A stretch of 64,000 nt of DNA, taken from assembly GCA_934120315.1 (NCBI GenBank), contig CAKOTX010000003.1:3661-67660 (forward strand), read 5' to 3'. The position numbers were made by a program, and so were the translations under genes. The stretch comes from an uncultured Clostridia bacterium. GTDB lineage: Bacteria > Bacillota > Clostridia > TANB77 > CAG-508. Shown in pieces: positions 54,278 through 64,000 of this stretch. Below the pieces are notes generated by a model. That model was given only the letters and a program-made list of their open reading frames with translations, was not told the DNA's origin and ran no database searches. Position 1 is the first letter of the stretch; every line of letters starts with the position of its first letter.

Positions 54278-54361
54278 TTCTATTTTCTCCCTTCGAATTA
54301 GCCTCTCGGCTTTTCATACCTTTTATATCACAAATAGAAAAAGAAATCAAGAAAATTATTT

Positions 54362-54982
54362 TTATTTTTTCGTCATTATATGAATATTTTCTACTTTTGC
54401 TCCAATTTCTCTGGAAATTATGTTTTGAATTTGAGCAATTTCATCTGTTTTTAATTCTTCAGCTCCTACAATAACACTGATACTGTCTACATTTACAAAG
54501 ATAACACATTTATCAAATCCTTTTGTTGACATTAAGTTTTCACATATCATTATTGCATTTTTTTCTTTATTTAATTTGGTTATCTCCTGTGTTACAATTG
54601 ATTTTTGTTCTTCTGATACATTTGAATTATTTAAAATTCCATTATATGTTTCTAATGTTTGAGAATACATTTTGTCTCTTGATAATTTAGATGATTCAAA
54701 ATAATCATCTTCCTTTTTTGCAATTGTTTCTGTTGCTGTATTTGTAGTTTCATCTTTCACATCATTATTACTTACAAGAGTTGCATCTCCCAAATTTTCA
54801 TCTCTTGAATCTGTCTGTTGAGTTTCATTAGCTGAATCTGACTGTTGAGTAACTGTATTTTCATTAGCTACACTAACTGTCTCTAACATTTTTGATTCAT
54901 TTGATATGTAACTCCAATATCCTGCAGTAACTAGCATTAATGCTACAACATAAAGTGCAACTGTGCCTTTTTTTACTTTCAT
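54362..54982 (-). CDS. spoIIIAH: Stage III sporulation protein AH
   Basis: N-terminal TM and C-terminal YscJ/FliF-like domain; last gene of the spoIIIA operon. Confidence 0.75.
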   Translation of the reverse strand: MKVKKGTVALYVVALMLVTAGYWSYISNESKMLETVSVANENTVTQQSDSANETQQTDSRDENLGDATLVSNNDVKDETTNTATETIAKKEDDYFESSKLSRDKMYSQTLETYNGILNNSNVSEEQKSIVTQEITKLNKEKNAIMICENLMSTKGFDKCVIFVNVDSISVIVGAEELKTDEIAQIQNIISREIGAKVENIHIMTKK

Positions 54983-54998
54983 TTAATCCCCTCCTTAA

Positions 54999-55589
54999 TT
55001 ATTTTGTCCCCATTTCAAAAACTTGAATTTTATGTACAGCAAGTCCTGTTACCGCTTCAACAGCACTTACAATAGAAGTTTTTACATTTGCATTTCCAGC
55101 TCCTTGAGCTGTTACTATTGCCCCTTCTATTACAGGCATCGTAACTTTTTCTGTTATAGGTGTGTTTTTCCCATTTTCATCTGTATACACAATTTCTCGC
55201 TTACTTTCAGTTTCTTTTACATCTTTATTTGCACCATCTCCATCTGTTTCTTTTGTGGTACTTTCTGATGTTGTTTCATTATACATTGGAACTACTGAGC
55301 TGCTTTCAGAATATTTTATAAGAACCTTTACTTTTCCTACTCCATCTATACTTGCCAAAATATCTTCCAACCTAGTTTCCAAATCATCTTTTTCAGAGCT
55401 AGAAGTAGCTTGTGCCAAGACTTTTGTTGTATCTTCTGATTTGTTTTCTGCTTTTTTATCATTAGATGACCACATCACATTTATAATTAATACTGTTATT
55501 ATTAATATTATAATAAACACAATAATATTCTCTATATTCCTCTTTTTGTCATTTTCATCACCCATTTTTTTTAACATTTCTTTAAGCAT
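54999..55589 (-). CDS. spoIIIAG: Stage III sporulation protein AG
   Basis: GVGKVKVLI ... AVHKIQVFEMG signature. Confidence 0.8.
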   Translation of the reverse strand: MLKEMLKKMGDENDKKRNIENIIVFIIILIITVLIINVMWSSNDKKAENKSEDTTKVLAQATSSSEKDDLETRLEDILASIDGVGKVKVLIKYSESSSVVPMYNETTSESTTKETDGDGANKDVKETESKREIVYTDENGKNTPITEKVTMPVIEGAIVTAQGAGNANVKTSIVSAVEAVTGLAVHKIQVFEMGTK

Positions 55590-55598
55590 ACTTCCTCC

Positions 55599-56096
55599 TT
55601 ATTTCATCACTATTTTTATTTTGTCTTCTGAAATTTCAAATTCAGTTGCTAGCTCACTTTTGACACTTTCAAGCTTTTCGGTTTCATCAGTCTTTTCTAT
55701 CTTTATTGTTATCAAAGATATTCCCGCATTCTTTTTCGCTGTATCTAACACTGCATCAACCTTACATTTGGTAACAACATATCCGTTGTCTTGAAACTTC
55801 TCCTGAGTCTTCTTTTCCAATTCTTCCAAATAAATCTTTTCTATTCTAGCATCCATTGATGATTGATCAATCTCATATTGTGACTGACTTTCATATTTTT
55901 CTGTATTATATTTTTCCACAGAAAAATTATCTTTATTCTTTATTATTGGAGAAATAATGTTAAACAGCACATATACACCAATTACCATCTGAATATACTT
56001 CTTATTCTTATTTTTAGGCAATATCAGTTCTATTATTGTGGCCACAATAACAGCCAATACAATCTGTTCTGCCCATGAACTTATAAAATTTATCAT
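55599..56096 (-). CDS. spoIIIAF: Stage III sporulation protein AF
   Basis: Size, TM topology and operon position. Confidence 0.7.
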   Translation of the reverse strand: MINFISSWAEQIVLAVIVATIIELILPKNKNKKYIQMVIGVYVLFNIISPIIKNKDNFSVEKYNTEKYESQSQYEIDQSSMDARIEKIYLEELEKKTQEKFQDNGYVVTKCKVDAVLDTAKKNAGISLITIKIEKTDETEKLESVKSELATEFEISEDKIKIVMK

Positions 56097-57235
56097 CTAT
56101 ACATCATCCCACTATTCGAAATTTTTACGACCATTGTAATTCCAATAATTAATATCACTGAAAGTGCACACAAAATTCCTAGCAATAATTTAAATACTCC
56201 ACTCATTTCATCTAATAGTTTTACAATCTTTTCATCTGCAATAGGCTGAACCACTGCTGATGCTAAGCTATATATTATGCTCAATGTACCTATTTTTATT
56301 ATTGGCATAATACAAATACTTAGAATTACAATCACACCCACAAAGCCAACTGCATTTTTTAAAATTACACCACATCCAAGTACACTGTCTACCACATCTC
56401 CAAGGACTTTTCCTACAACCGGAATCACTGTAGAAACTGCTGCTTTTGCAGTTTTGGCAGTGATTCCATCAACACTACTACTTAAAGTTCCTTCTAATGA
56501 TACAACTCCAACAAACACAGTTAAAATAACTCCAAGAGCCCACATCACCCCAGATTTTAAAAATTTCGAAATTTTCTCTATTTGTACTCTTTCTGAAATC
56601 TTTGAAACTATAGAAAATACAACAATCACCAAAACAATTGGTATCAAAATATCTGAAATAATATTTCCCACAAAGTTGCTTATAAAAAGCACAATTGGTT
56701 CTATTATAGTGCTTGTAGCAATACTTCCTGTATACACCATCAGAGTTAAAAGCAGTGGTATTAGTACATTTATGAATCCCACCAGATTATTTGAAGTATC
56801 TTTTACTAATTTAATTATTTCTGTAAAATTTGACATTATTAGTGTGACTATTAATATGTATTGAACAAAATAAATAATTTGAGAAACATTATTATTATCT
56901 AAACTATCTGTTATTGATTTTAAAATTCCATGTATTACTATGATTACTAAAATACTTATTAAAATTTTTAAGCTTGAACTAACTTCTTTTCCTAATAATT
57001 TAATTATTATTTTATATAATTTATTATTATCTACTTTTCCTTGTATGGCCTGTCCTAACATACTTGACAAATCAATCTCTCCAAATGATTCATTTGTATA
57101 TTTTTGTGCTTCTTTTAAAAATCCGCTAATATTAAATTTTTCTTGTGTTGATGACATTATTTCATCTTGTGTTTCTGCAAATGCATAATTGGGTATCATT
57201 AGTACAAGGATAAATATTAAAATTATTCTTTTCAT
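56093..57235 (-). CDS. spoIIIAE: Stage III sporulation protein AE
   Basis: Signal peptide plus polytopic membrane protein of about 380 aa at the expected position. Confidence 0.8.
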   Translation of the reverse strand: MKRIILIFILVLMIPNYAFAETQDEIMSSTQEKFNISGFLKEAQKYTNESFGEIDLSSMLGQAIQGKVDNNKLYKIIIKLLGKEVSSSLKILISILVIIVIHGILKSITDSLDNNNVSQIIYFVQYILIVTLIMSNFTEIIKLVKDTSNNLVGFINVLIPLLLTLMVYTGSIATSTIIEPIVLFISNFVGNIISDILIPIVLVIVVFSIVSKISERVQIEKISKFLKSGVMWALGVILTVFVGVVSLEGTLSSSVDGITAKTAKAAVSTVIPVVGKVLGDVVDSVLGCGVILKNAVGFVGVIVILSICIMPIIKIGTLSIIYSLASAVVQPIADEKIVKLLDEMSGVFKLLLGILCALSVILIIGITMVVKISNSGMMYR

Positions 57236-57248
57236 ATCAATCCTTTCA

Positions 57249-57647
57249 TTATGGCAATATTTGAATTATCAATTCTAATAAACTTGAAATAATTGGCATA
57301 GACATTGCAATTATAATAACTTTGCTTCCAATTTCTATTTTACTTGCAATCGCTTTTTCACCTGCATCTGAACAGATACTAACCGCAAACTCTGCAATGA
57401 TTGCAATTCCTGTGATTTTTAACAATATTCCAAGAAATTGTTTATTAATATACGTCTTATCAGAAATGGATTTCAAAAGATTTATAATTCCAGTAATTTT
57501 ATCCATTGCCAAAAATAAAATTAGAACTCCTGCTATTATTGACACATATATTGCATATTCAGGTCGATATTGTTTCAAAATGACAGCTATTATCAGAGCC
57601 ATAAAGCCTATTCCAACAATCTTAATTACTTCTTCCATAAAATTCAT
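57249..57647 (-). CDS. spoIIIAD: Stage III sporulation protein AD
   Basis: 132-aa 4-TM protein, operon position. Confidence 0.75.
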   Translation of the reverse strand: MNFMEEVIKIVGIGFMALIIAVILKQYRPEYAIYVSIIAGVLILFLAMDKITGIINLLKSISDKTYINKQFLGILLKITGIAIIAEFAVSICSDAGEKAIASKIEIGSKVIIIAMSMPIISSLLELIIQILP

Positions 57648-57655
57648 TCCTTTTA

Positions 57656-57850
57656 TTATAAGTTAAATAATGTACGTACAGTCTGAAATAAAGTATTTAT
57701 TTGCTGAATTACCATTGTCAAAACAATCACTAATCCTGCCAAAGTTGTCATCATCGCTTGATCTTCTCGTCCAGCTCTAACCAGCACTTGATGCAATACT
57801 GCAACTAAAATTCCAATAGCTGCAATTTTAAATAATAAATTAATATCCAT
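57656..57850 (-). CDS. spoIIIAC: Stage III sporulation protein AC
   Basis: 64-aa two-TM protein resembling B. subtilis SpoIIIAC. Confidence 0.75.
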   Translation of the reverse strand: MDINLLFKIAAIGILVAVLHQVLVRAGREDQAMMTTLAGLVIVLTMVIQQINTLFQTVRTLFNL

Positions 57851-57866
57851 TTTTAATCCCCTTTAT

Positions 57867-58391
57867 TTAAAATAGTATAATACAAAATACCAGGCCAGTT
57901 ACAACTCCAAGAGTTTTACACATTTTTTGATTTTTCTTTTTCTCTTCTTCTGCTTTCTCTATTTGAATGCTCAAAAACTCTTCTGTAACCTCAATTTCAC
58001 TAACTTGGCCATTTACATCTGTTTGTCCTAATAGCTTACCCAATCTCTTAAGTATATTTTTATCTTCTTGTTTTATGCTTATATCTGCATCTTGTATGCA
58101 ATTCTCCCAGACATCTTTTGCCTGATAATATGTTATTTGATTTGCCATTTGTCCAAAGATTTTTTCTATTTCAGTATCATTATCTTTAGCAATTTGCCTA
58201 AAGATTTCACCTAACGGTTCATATGTAAATTTGATTTTCGTTTTCATTATGTTTAATATATTTTTGAACTCTTTCAGTTCATCAACCCTATTGCCATATG
58301 CTCTGGCAATTGCCATTCCAATCGAAGTCGACAGTCCAAAAATAATTAATAACAATATGTATTTTAAAGTTTTTATAACGGATAAAGACAT
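57867..58391 (-). CDS. spoIIIAB: Stage III sporulation protein AB
   Basis: 174 aa, N-terminal TM, operon position, overlaps AA by 19 nt. Confidence 0.75.
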   Translation of the reverse strand: MSLSVIKTLKYILLLIIFGLSTSIGMAIARAYGNRVDELKEFKNILNIMKTKIKFTYEPLGEIFRQIAKDNDTEIEKIFGQMANQITYYQAKDVWENCIQDADISIKQEDKNILKRLGKLLGQTDVNGQVSEIEVTEEFLSIQIEKAEEEKKKNQKMCKTLGVVTGLVFCIILF

Positions 58392-59272
58392 TTCGCATCA
58401 CCTCTCTTTTCTGTATTTAATACTACAATTCTTTCAAAAATATGTTTATTTATCAATTTCGAAAGTTCTAGATTTTTTTCTATTTCTTCTAAATCTTTTC
58501 CATGAGCTGTAAAAACACCCTTAACACCTGAGCAAACTGCATAATCAATTGCCTCTACATCCTCTTTACTCCCAATCTCATCACATGCAATAACATCAGG
58601 AGCCATAGAACGTACCAAAATTCTCATAGCATACGGTTTAGGCATATTATCAATTACATCTGTTCTTACTCCCACATCATTTTGAGGAACCCCTTTATAC
58701 ATTGCAGCAATTTCGCCTCGTTCATCAGCCACCCCAACCGTTTTTCCTGCAAAACCAAGCGTTTTAATTCCATTACTTACATTTCGAATAATATCTCTTA
58801 GCAATGTCGTTTTGCCACATCCAGGAGGAGAAATTATAAGAGTATTATGTACAGAATTATTACTAAAATCTAGAATCTCATTAATAATTCTATTACTACA
58901 TCCAATCTTTTGCCTTGCAATCCTAAAATTCAAGCTAGAAATATAATTCATATTAATAACTTGTCCATTCTCCAAAACCGCACTTCCTACAATTCCAACC
59001 CTATTTCCTCCTTTAATAGTTATATATCCATCACAAATTTGCCTCCTATATGAGTAAACCGAATTTTCGCACACTTTCTCAAACGCCTGTAAAATATCTT
59101 GCTGTTTTACAATATAATCAAGCAATTTCGTCTTATTTTCATATTTCAAAGCAAGTGGCTTTTCTGCTCTAAGTCGTATTTCTTCAATATTTTCACTGTT
59201 TTGATTTTCTTGCATAATTATTTGCCTTATCACCGCAGGCAAATATTCTAGAACATTTTTTACTTCATCCAT
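58373..59272 (-). CDS. spoIIIAA: Stage III sporulation protein AA (secretion-type ATPase)
   Basis: Walker A PPGCGKTTLLRD, about 300 aa, first gene of the operon. Confidence 0.85.
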   Translation of the reverse strand: MDEVKNVLEYLPAVIRQIIMQENQNSENIEEIRLRAEKPLALKYENKTKLLDYIVKQQDILQAFEKVCENSVYSYRRQICDGYITIKGGNRVGIVGSAVLENGQVINMNYISSLNFRIARQKIGCSNRIINEILDFSNNSVHNTLIISPPGCGKTTLLRDIIRNVSNGIKTLGFAGKTVGVADERGEIAAMYKGVPQNDVGVRTDVIDNMPKPYAMRILVRSMAPDVIACDEIGSKEDVEAIDYAVCSGVKGVFTAHGKDLEEIEKNLELSKLINKHIFERIVVLNTEKRGDAKCLYPL

Positions 59273-59280
59273 GTTTCCTC

Positions 59281-59400
59281 CTTGTCAATTTGGTGTCAAT
59301 TTGGTGTCGGTGTTTTTTTTGACATCGTTGTCAATTTGGTACCGGTGTTTTTCTTGACAGCCTTGTCAATTTGGTACCGGTGTTTTTCTTGACACCAAAA
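59281..59400. repeat. Three tandem direct copies of the dispersed repeat unit (about 35 nt each) in the spoIIIA 5' region
   Basis: tgtcaatttggt(a/g)(c/t)cggtgtttttcttgaca repeated three times, each junction forming TTGACA-N4-TGTCAA. Confidence 0.8.
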
Positions 59401-59464
59401 AAAGAACATATATTATATATATATGCTCTTTCCAGTCTTTTTAGAACTATTTTTTTATTCAATT

Positions 59465-60805
59465 TTATTGAATTCCGCTAAAATTTTTATATACATTTAA
59501 GAACAAATCTTGTAGCTCTTTATCTGTTGCATCATTTATTATTATTGCATTATTTGAATTAAATGCATCTATGCTCAAATTAGAATCAAATGTAACTACA
59601 TTATTATATGTTACACTAATACTTGTTTTTCCATCAGCTGTTGATGAAGAAGTTGATGAAGAACCTGAATAAACTATATCAGCTGTTATTGTTTCCTCTA
59701 CATCATCTAATTTTGCTAAGTTTTTATAAGCCATCTCGATTTGAATATTTGCCACTTCTTCGCCATCTGAATTAGCTTTAATTCCAACAATATAGCTTAA
59801 CTCATCTTTATTAGTAAATTTTTCTATACTTACTTGTCCAACAAGTTCATTATCTTCATATGCATAAAATACAAGTTTATTATCTGACTTTTCTACTGCT
59901 GCAACAATTTCAGCCACATCATCAGTTACAGTTTTTATTTCACATTCTGTTAACTCGCCTGATTTTATAGTTAATACAATTTGAACTCTATCAGCATCTG
60001 TTGTATCAGTTTCTTTTATTGCATCTACAAAATTGTCTATTTGTGTTTTCAAATCTTCTACTGTTGTTCCAGCAGATAATTTATTTAATAAGTCTCTATC
60101 CTCTTTCAATGCATTTGCTAATTTTTCAATTAAATTTATAAATTGTTCTGCAGATACATCCATTGTTACTTTAGTTTGATCTTTTGTTTTTGTCTTAGAG
60201 AACATGTCTTTTGTCATGTTGTCATATAATACTTTAGAATATTTGTCTTTTATTTGGCTTATTTCTTTATCAGAAAAATTTAATCCACTTAATGTAATAT
60301 TATCTGGAATATTGCTTGTGTCCATTCCAAATCTATCTGCCAATGCTTTTAAATCTTCATTTTTTATTGCGATAAATTTGTCACTTAAAAGTTTTGTTTG
60401 TATTCCATAAGTTTCTCCATCACGTTTGTATTGAATTGGAATATTAATTCCTTGTGATAATTCCACTGTGAATTTTTGTTCAGCTAATTTCTTTGCTGTA
60501 TCTGTTTTTCCTTCTACACCTATTGTTGTGCTGTCCAATATGGTTAGCCCATCAAGCGCACTCCCTTGGTCTGGTGCTTCAAATGTTATTTTTCCTTTGT
60601 TTTCAAATGCTGTATTTGTTTGCTTTTCTACATATTTTTCTAAATTAGTGTCTTTTAAATCTTTTGTAAAATCATCTGATAGTAAATATGAGAAAAATAA
60701 TTGTTTATCGGATTTTAATGCATCTGTTGCAAAATATGCATATCCTAATCCTGCTCCTAATAGTACTACAACCAATACTATAGCTAATAAAACTTTCTTT
60801 TTCAT
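59465..60805 (-). CDS. Secreted/anchored hypothetical protein with SipW-cognate-like signal peptide
   Basis: N-terminus MKKKVLLAIVLVVVLLGAGLGYAYFATD resembles the TasA/camelysin signal region (GGGTFAYFSD). Confidence 0.5.
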   Translation of the reverse strand: MKKKVLLAIVLVVVLLGAGLGYAYFATDALKSDKQLFFSYLLSDDFTKDLKDTNLEKYVEKQTNTAFENKGKITFEAPDQGSALDGLTILDSTTIGVEGKTDTAKKLAEQKFTVELSQGINIPIQYKRDGETYGIQTKLLSDKFIAIKNEDLKALADRFGMDTSNIPDNITLSGLNFSDKEISQIKDKYSKVLYDNMTKDMFSKTKTKDQTKVTMDVSAEQFINLIEKLANALKEDRDLLNKLSAGTTVEDLKTQIDNFVDAIKETDTTDADRVQIVLTIKSGELTECEIKTVTDDVAEIVAAVEKSDNKLVFYAYEDNELVGQVSIEKFTNKDELSYIVGIKANSDGEEVANIQIEMAYKNLAKLDDVEETITADIVYSGSSSTSSSTADGKTSISVTYNNVVTFDSNLSIDAFNSNNAIIINDATDKELQDLFLNVYKNFSGIQ

Positions 60806-60904
60806 CTTTTTCTACCCCTCTTCTATAAAATATCTATTTCTAGTTTACTATAATAAAAAAAAACTGTCAATATTTTTAGAAAATTTGACAATTTTTTTAA
60901 TTTT

Positions 60905-61630
60905 TTATTCTTCCCAGTTATGATATATATCCATAACGTCATCTAATTCTTCTAGTCTTTCAATTAATCTTTCCATTTTTTCAACTCCAGCTTCATCTAA
61001 TGCAACTGTTGTTGTTGGAACCATTTGAACATCTGCTTCTAAGAATGTTAATCCAGCTTCTTCTAATTTTTCTCTTACTGCAGAAAAATCTGATGGTGCT
61101 GTTGTTATTTCATATACTTCATCTGATGAATTGAAATCTTCTGCTCCAGCATCTAATGCTAACATCATTATTTCTTCTTCGTCCATATCTGTTGATGCTT
61201 TTTCAATTACAATTACACCTTTTTTATTGAACATATATGATACACATCCTGTTGTTCCTAAGTTTCCTCCTGCTTTATCAAATACATGTCTAACATCTGA
61301 TGCTGTTCTGTTTCTGTTATCTGTATTTGCATTAACTATTACAGCTACTCCTGATGGTCCATATCCTTCATATACTACTTCTTCATAATTTGCAGTATTT
61401 CCTTCTCCTGATGCTTTTTTGATTGCATTATTGATTGTGTCATTTGGCATGTTTGCTGCTTTACATTTTGCTATTACATCTTTTAGTTTTGAGTTTCCTG
61501 ATGGGTCTGGTCCACCTTCTTTTACTGCAATTAATAATTCTCTTCCTAATTTTGTGAATATTTTTCCTCTTGCTGCATCAGCTTTTCCTTTTTTTGCTTG
61601 GATATTGTGCCATTTGCTATGTCCTGACAT
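60905..61630 (-). CDS. yebC: YebC/PmpR family transcriptional regulator
   Basis: [12 protein letters not shown]-terminus; start trimmed to this ATG. Confidence 0.9.
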   Translation of the reverse strand: MSGHSKWHNIQAKKGKADAARGKIFTKLGRELLIAVKEGGPDPSGNSKLKDVIAKCKAANMPNDTINNAIKKASGEGNTANYEEVVYEGYGPSGVAVIVNANTDNRNRTASDVRHVFDKAGGNLGTTGCVSYMFNKKGVIVIEKASTDMDEEEIMMLALDAGAEDFNSSDEVYEITTAPSDFSAVREKLEEAGLTFLEADVQMVPTTTVALDEAGVEKMERLIERLEELDDVMDIYHNWEE

Positions 61631-61712
61631 GTTAATTCCTCCTCTTTTTATAAAATCATATTTTATATTGTAACATATTTTTTTACATTTGTGTAGACTT
61701 TTGGTAAATATT

Positions 61713-63560
61713 TTATTCTTTTTCTTCAAATTGCTTAAAAAACTCTACAAAATCTTCTGGCTTTGGTTCTGGCAATTGGGGTCTTGTGCGAATAATCTCC
61801 TCAAAATAATGCCTTAAAAATTTCTCTATAACTTCTTCTTGATTATCAACAGCAATAACATTTGCAAATAAATTTTTGAACTCTTTCTGTTTTATAGTAT
61901 TCAATTTTTCAACTAATACATCCATTTCACTTTCTGACAACATATATTCATACACTAAATTCGCTATAACAGCATTAAATAATCTTGATATTATTACTGA
62001 ATCATCTTCTCTAATATTATCACCCACAAATTTTATAGCACTTCCACCAGCTAATCCGCAAACAAGTCCTCCTGCAATTCCTATTGCTGTTCCTACACCT
62101 GGCGAAATCGTAGTACCCATTGCAGCTGCTGCCTTTGTTGTTGCTACAGATGTAGCTAGAGTTCCACCACTTGATGTAGCAAGTACCCCTATTAATGATA
62201 ACATATTTTTTGTATATTGCGCTCCTGATAGTCTCTTTTTCAAAATTCTGTATGTATCTGGCACTGAGAAAACAGCAATTGTTATAAGTGATGTTACTAC
62301 ATTACTTCTCAGAATTTTAGCTAGTTGCTTTGTCGCAGCTGCGCCAGAAATAGCTGACTTTCCAGACATACCACGGATTGCATTAACAATAGTTTGTGCC
62401 GTACTATATCCCATAGATTTTACAATATATGTGCTAAGCGGAATAAGACTATGTGTTAAAGTCGTTCTAGCCACCTGCTGTGTAAATATGTGTGCAAAAA
62501 ATGATAATCCAAACACTTGAATTCCTGCCTCCAATGCAGCGCCAAAAGCTTCTTTTTTGTTTCCATCTCTTAAATATGATAATGCGAAAGTTACTAAAAA
62601 TGTAATTCCTAATGCATATGAACAATTTACTGCACCTGTAACAGTATCATATGTTAATGACTCTATTGTTCCTGGTTTGCAAAGATTTCGTGCTTGATTA
62701 TATGTTATTTTCCCTCTTTTTATATATTTAGATGCATCATTAGGATTTGAAACTCCTGCAACTTTGCCTTCGAGAATCTTTTTTCTAAATTCATTTACTG
62801 CTTCTGCATATTTATCCTTTGGAACTTCTATTAGCATTGGCGTTCCATCTTTATTAAAATATCTAAATTGCTCTGTTGCTTTATCAAAACAAGCATTGAT
62901 GCATCCTCTACCAGAGCTATAATATTTAGTCTGAATTTCAACACCATTAACTAATCGGTCTGCGCCATTTTTCTCGTTTGTTCTTCCTACAACTTTCGCA
63001 TCATTTCCTTGTAACTTATCTAATAGATTAAGTGCTTCTTCCGCCATTTCTCCATGACCTTGATTAGTATTAACTTTTGCATAGTTTTCTGGAACAATAG
63101 CTTCTAAATCTGCAAATATATTTTCTGCTGATGTTACTGATTCTTTTACAATTTTAGAATATGTATCAGCATAACATTTGAAAAAATTTTCCTGTTCTTT
63201 TATTTCAAAAAGTACTTTTTCATTAAATATGACTTCATATTTGTCAGCGTCAACTTTTTTCACTTTAAAATCTTCAGGATTAAAATATTCCCATCTTAAA
63301 TAATGATATATAATTGTTTCCTTTGACTTCGTTTTTGAATTTGTTTTCTTTTGGAAATGTGGATTTGATTTAAAAAATATCCCTTTATCAGTTATTACCA
63401 TTCCATAAATTTTATTATTTTTTACATTTTCAGCCCACAAAATCTTTTGCTCTCTTGGAACTGGAAATCTTTCATGAATTTTCTTTATACTTTTAGGTGT
63501 TAATTCTGTATTATTTACTTTTTTAAATTTTTTTAATGTTTCTTCAACTACAAAATCCAT
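61713..63560 (-). CDS. Large uncharacterised protein: soluble N-terminal domain, Gly/Ala-rich multi-TM core, C-terminal helical domain
   Basis: 615-aa ORF; no family recognised. Confidence 0.55.
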   Translation of the reverse strand: MDFVVEETLKKFKKVNNTELTPKSIKKIHERFPVPREQKILWAENVKNNKIYGMVITDKGIFFKSNPHFQKKTNSKTKSKETIIYHYLRWEYFNPEDFKVKKVDADKYEVIFNEKVLFEIKEQENFFKCYADTYSKIVKESVTSAENIFADLEAIVPENYAKVNTNQGHGEMAEEALNLLDKLQGNDAKVVGRTNEKNGADRLVNGVEIQTKYYSSGRGCINACFDKATEQFRYFNKDGTPMLIEVPKDKYAEAVNEFRKKILEGKVAGVSNPNDASKYIKRGKITYNQARNLCKPGTIESLTYDTVTGAVNCSYALGITFLVTFALSYLRDGNKKEAFGAALEAGIQVFGLSFFAHIFTQQVARTTLTHSLIPLSTYIVKSMGYSTAQTIVNAIRGMSGKSAISGAAATKQLAKILRSNVVTSLITIAVFSVPDTYRILKKRLSGAQYTKNMLSLIGVLATSSGGTLATSVATTKAAAAMGTTISPGVGTAIGIAGGLVCGLAGGSAIKFVGDNIREDDSVIISRLFNAVIANLVYEYMLSESEMDVLVEKLNTIKQKEFKNLFANVIAVDNQEEVIEKFLRHYFEEIIRTRPQLPEPKPEDFVEFFKQFEEKE

Positions 63561-63561
63561 T

Positions 63562-64000
63562 TTAATTCTCCCTATTCTTTTTCAAAGTATGATAATTAAT
63601 TATAACCTCAGCATCTACATTATAAGAAGTATTCACCGTGAAGTCTTTGCTTCCATTTATTGACACTGACTCAACCTCTCCATCTTTTTTAATCCATCCT
63701 GTAATAATATCATAAATGGGTTCAACTTTTACATTCTGAAATCCTTTTTCTTCAAATTGTTTAACCACATCTGCATATTGCATTCCTTTTGCCTCTTTAG
63801 AAGTCAAAGGTGCATAAATCTTTTCTAATGTATGATACACTACTGTAATCTTTTCAGATGGCAAAAATTTTGTTTCTGCAGAAAATTTCATCTTATTCCT
63901 AATAATAACATCTGTAACAACATTTTCTTTCTCCTTTTGTGTAATTTTCAAATCTGGAATTTCTTTCGAATTAACATTTTCAAATCCTGATGCTCTTAAT
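63562..64000 (-). CDS. 3' portion of a gene that continues beyond the window end (N-terminus missing)
   Basis: Open frame runs to position 64000 with no stop; the track ORF's M is a TTG. Confidence 0.4.
   Translation of the reverse strand, partial: LRASGFENVNSKEIPDLKITQKEKENVVTDVIIRNKMKFSAETKFLPSEKITVVYHTLEKIYAPLTSKEAKGMQYADVVKQFEEKGFQNVKVEPIYDIITGWIKKDGEVESVSINGSKDFTVNTSYNVDAEVIINYHTLKKNREN

Noticed and set aside
55162-55794. 210-aa plus-strand ORF across spoIIIAF/AG
   Set aside because: Antisense to two recognisable spoIIIA genes; Ser/Phe-rich low complexity.
61876-62520. 214-aa plus-strand ORF inside the 615-aa gene
   Set aside because: It is antisense to a long, better-supported minus-strand ORF, with no RBS, and mirrors that gene's Gly/Ala-rich region.

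Overview
This 64 kb window is chromosomal DNA from a low-GC (about 27-28%) endospore-forming Firmicute, probably a Clostridia-type genome. Almost all genes lie on the minus strand. I recognise the following by eye:
- Core cell functions: rho; valS with a T-box leader; priA-def; remA-rpoZ-gmk; yicC; rsmE; the dTDP-rhamnose operon rfbDACB; the glycolytic cluster gapA-pgk-tpiA-gpmI-eno; prfB with its programmed +1 frameshift; aspartate kinase; pfkA; malQ.
- Sporulation: yabP-yabQ-divIC; an intact pro-sigma-K-like gene; the complete spoIIIAA-AH operon; one orphan GerA-family germination protein.
- Transport and regulation: copZ-copA; a TetR-controlled heterodimeric ABC exporter; a PadR-controlled membrane protein that fuses a DUF1700-like N-terminus to a SEDS (FtsW/RodA) domain; a standalone class-II Fic protein.
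- Surface: a large BspA-type leucine-rich-repeat protein built from about 19 near-identical 69-bp tandem DNA repeats.
Features the standard annotation does not explain:
(i) The glycolytic operon is interrupted twice: a Nudix hydrolase plus a guanylate-kinase-like P-loop protein sit between pgk and tpiA, and a YezG/DUF600-like protein, a NifU-like protein and a GGGtGRT-family protein sit between gpmI and eno.
(ii) A GC-rich (about 40%) two-gene cassette of unknown function lies between valS and an Fe-alcohol dehydrogenase.
(iii) A dispersed family of roughly 45-60 nt palindromic intergenic repeats occurs at four or more loci, including three tandem copies in the spoIIIA 5' region.
(iv) A DUF3990/DUF3791-like gene pair.
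(v) A large uncharacterised membrane protein at the right-hand end of the window.
I found no CRISPR array, rRNA or tRNA, and no transposase or phage integrase.
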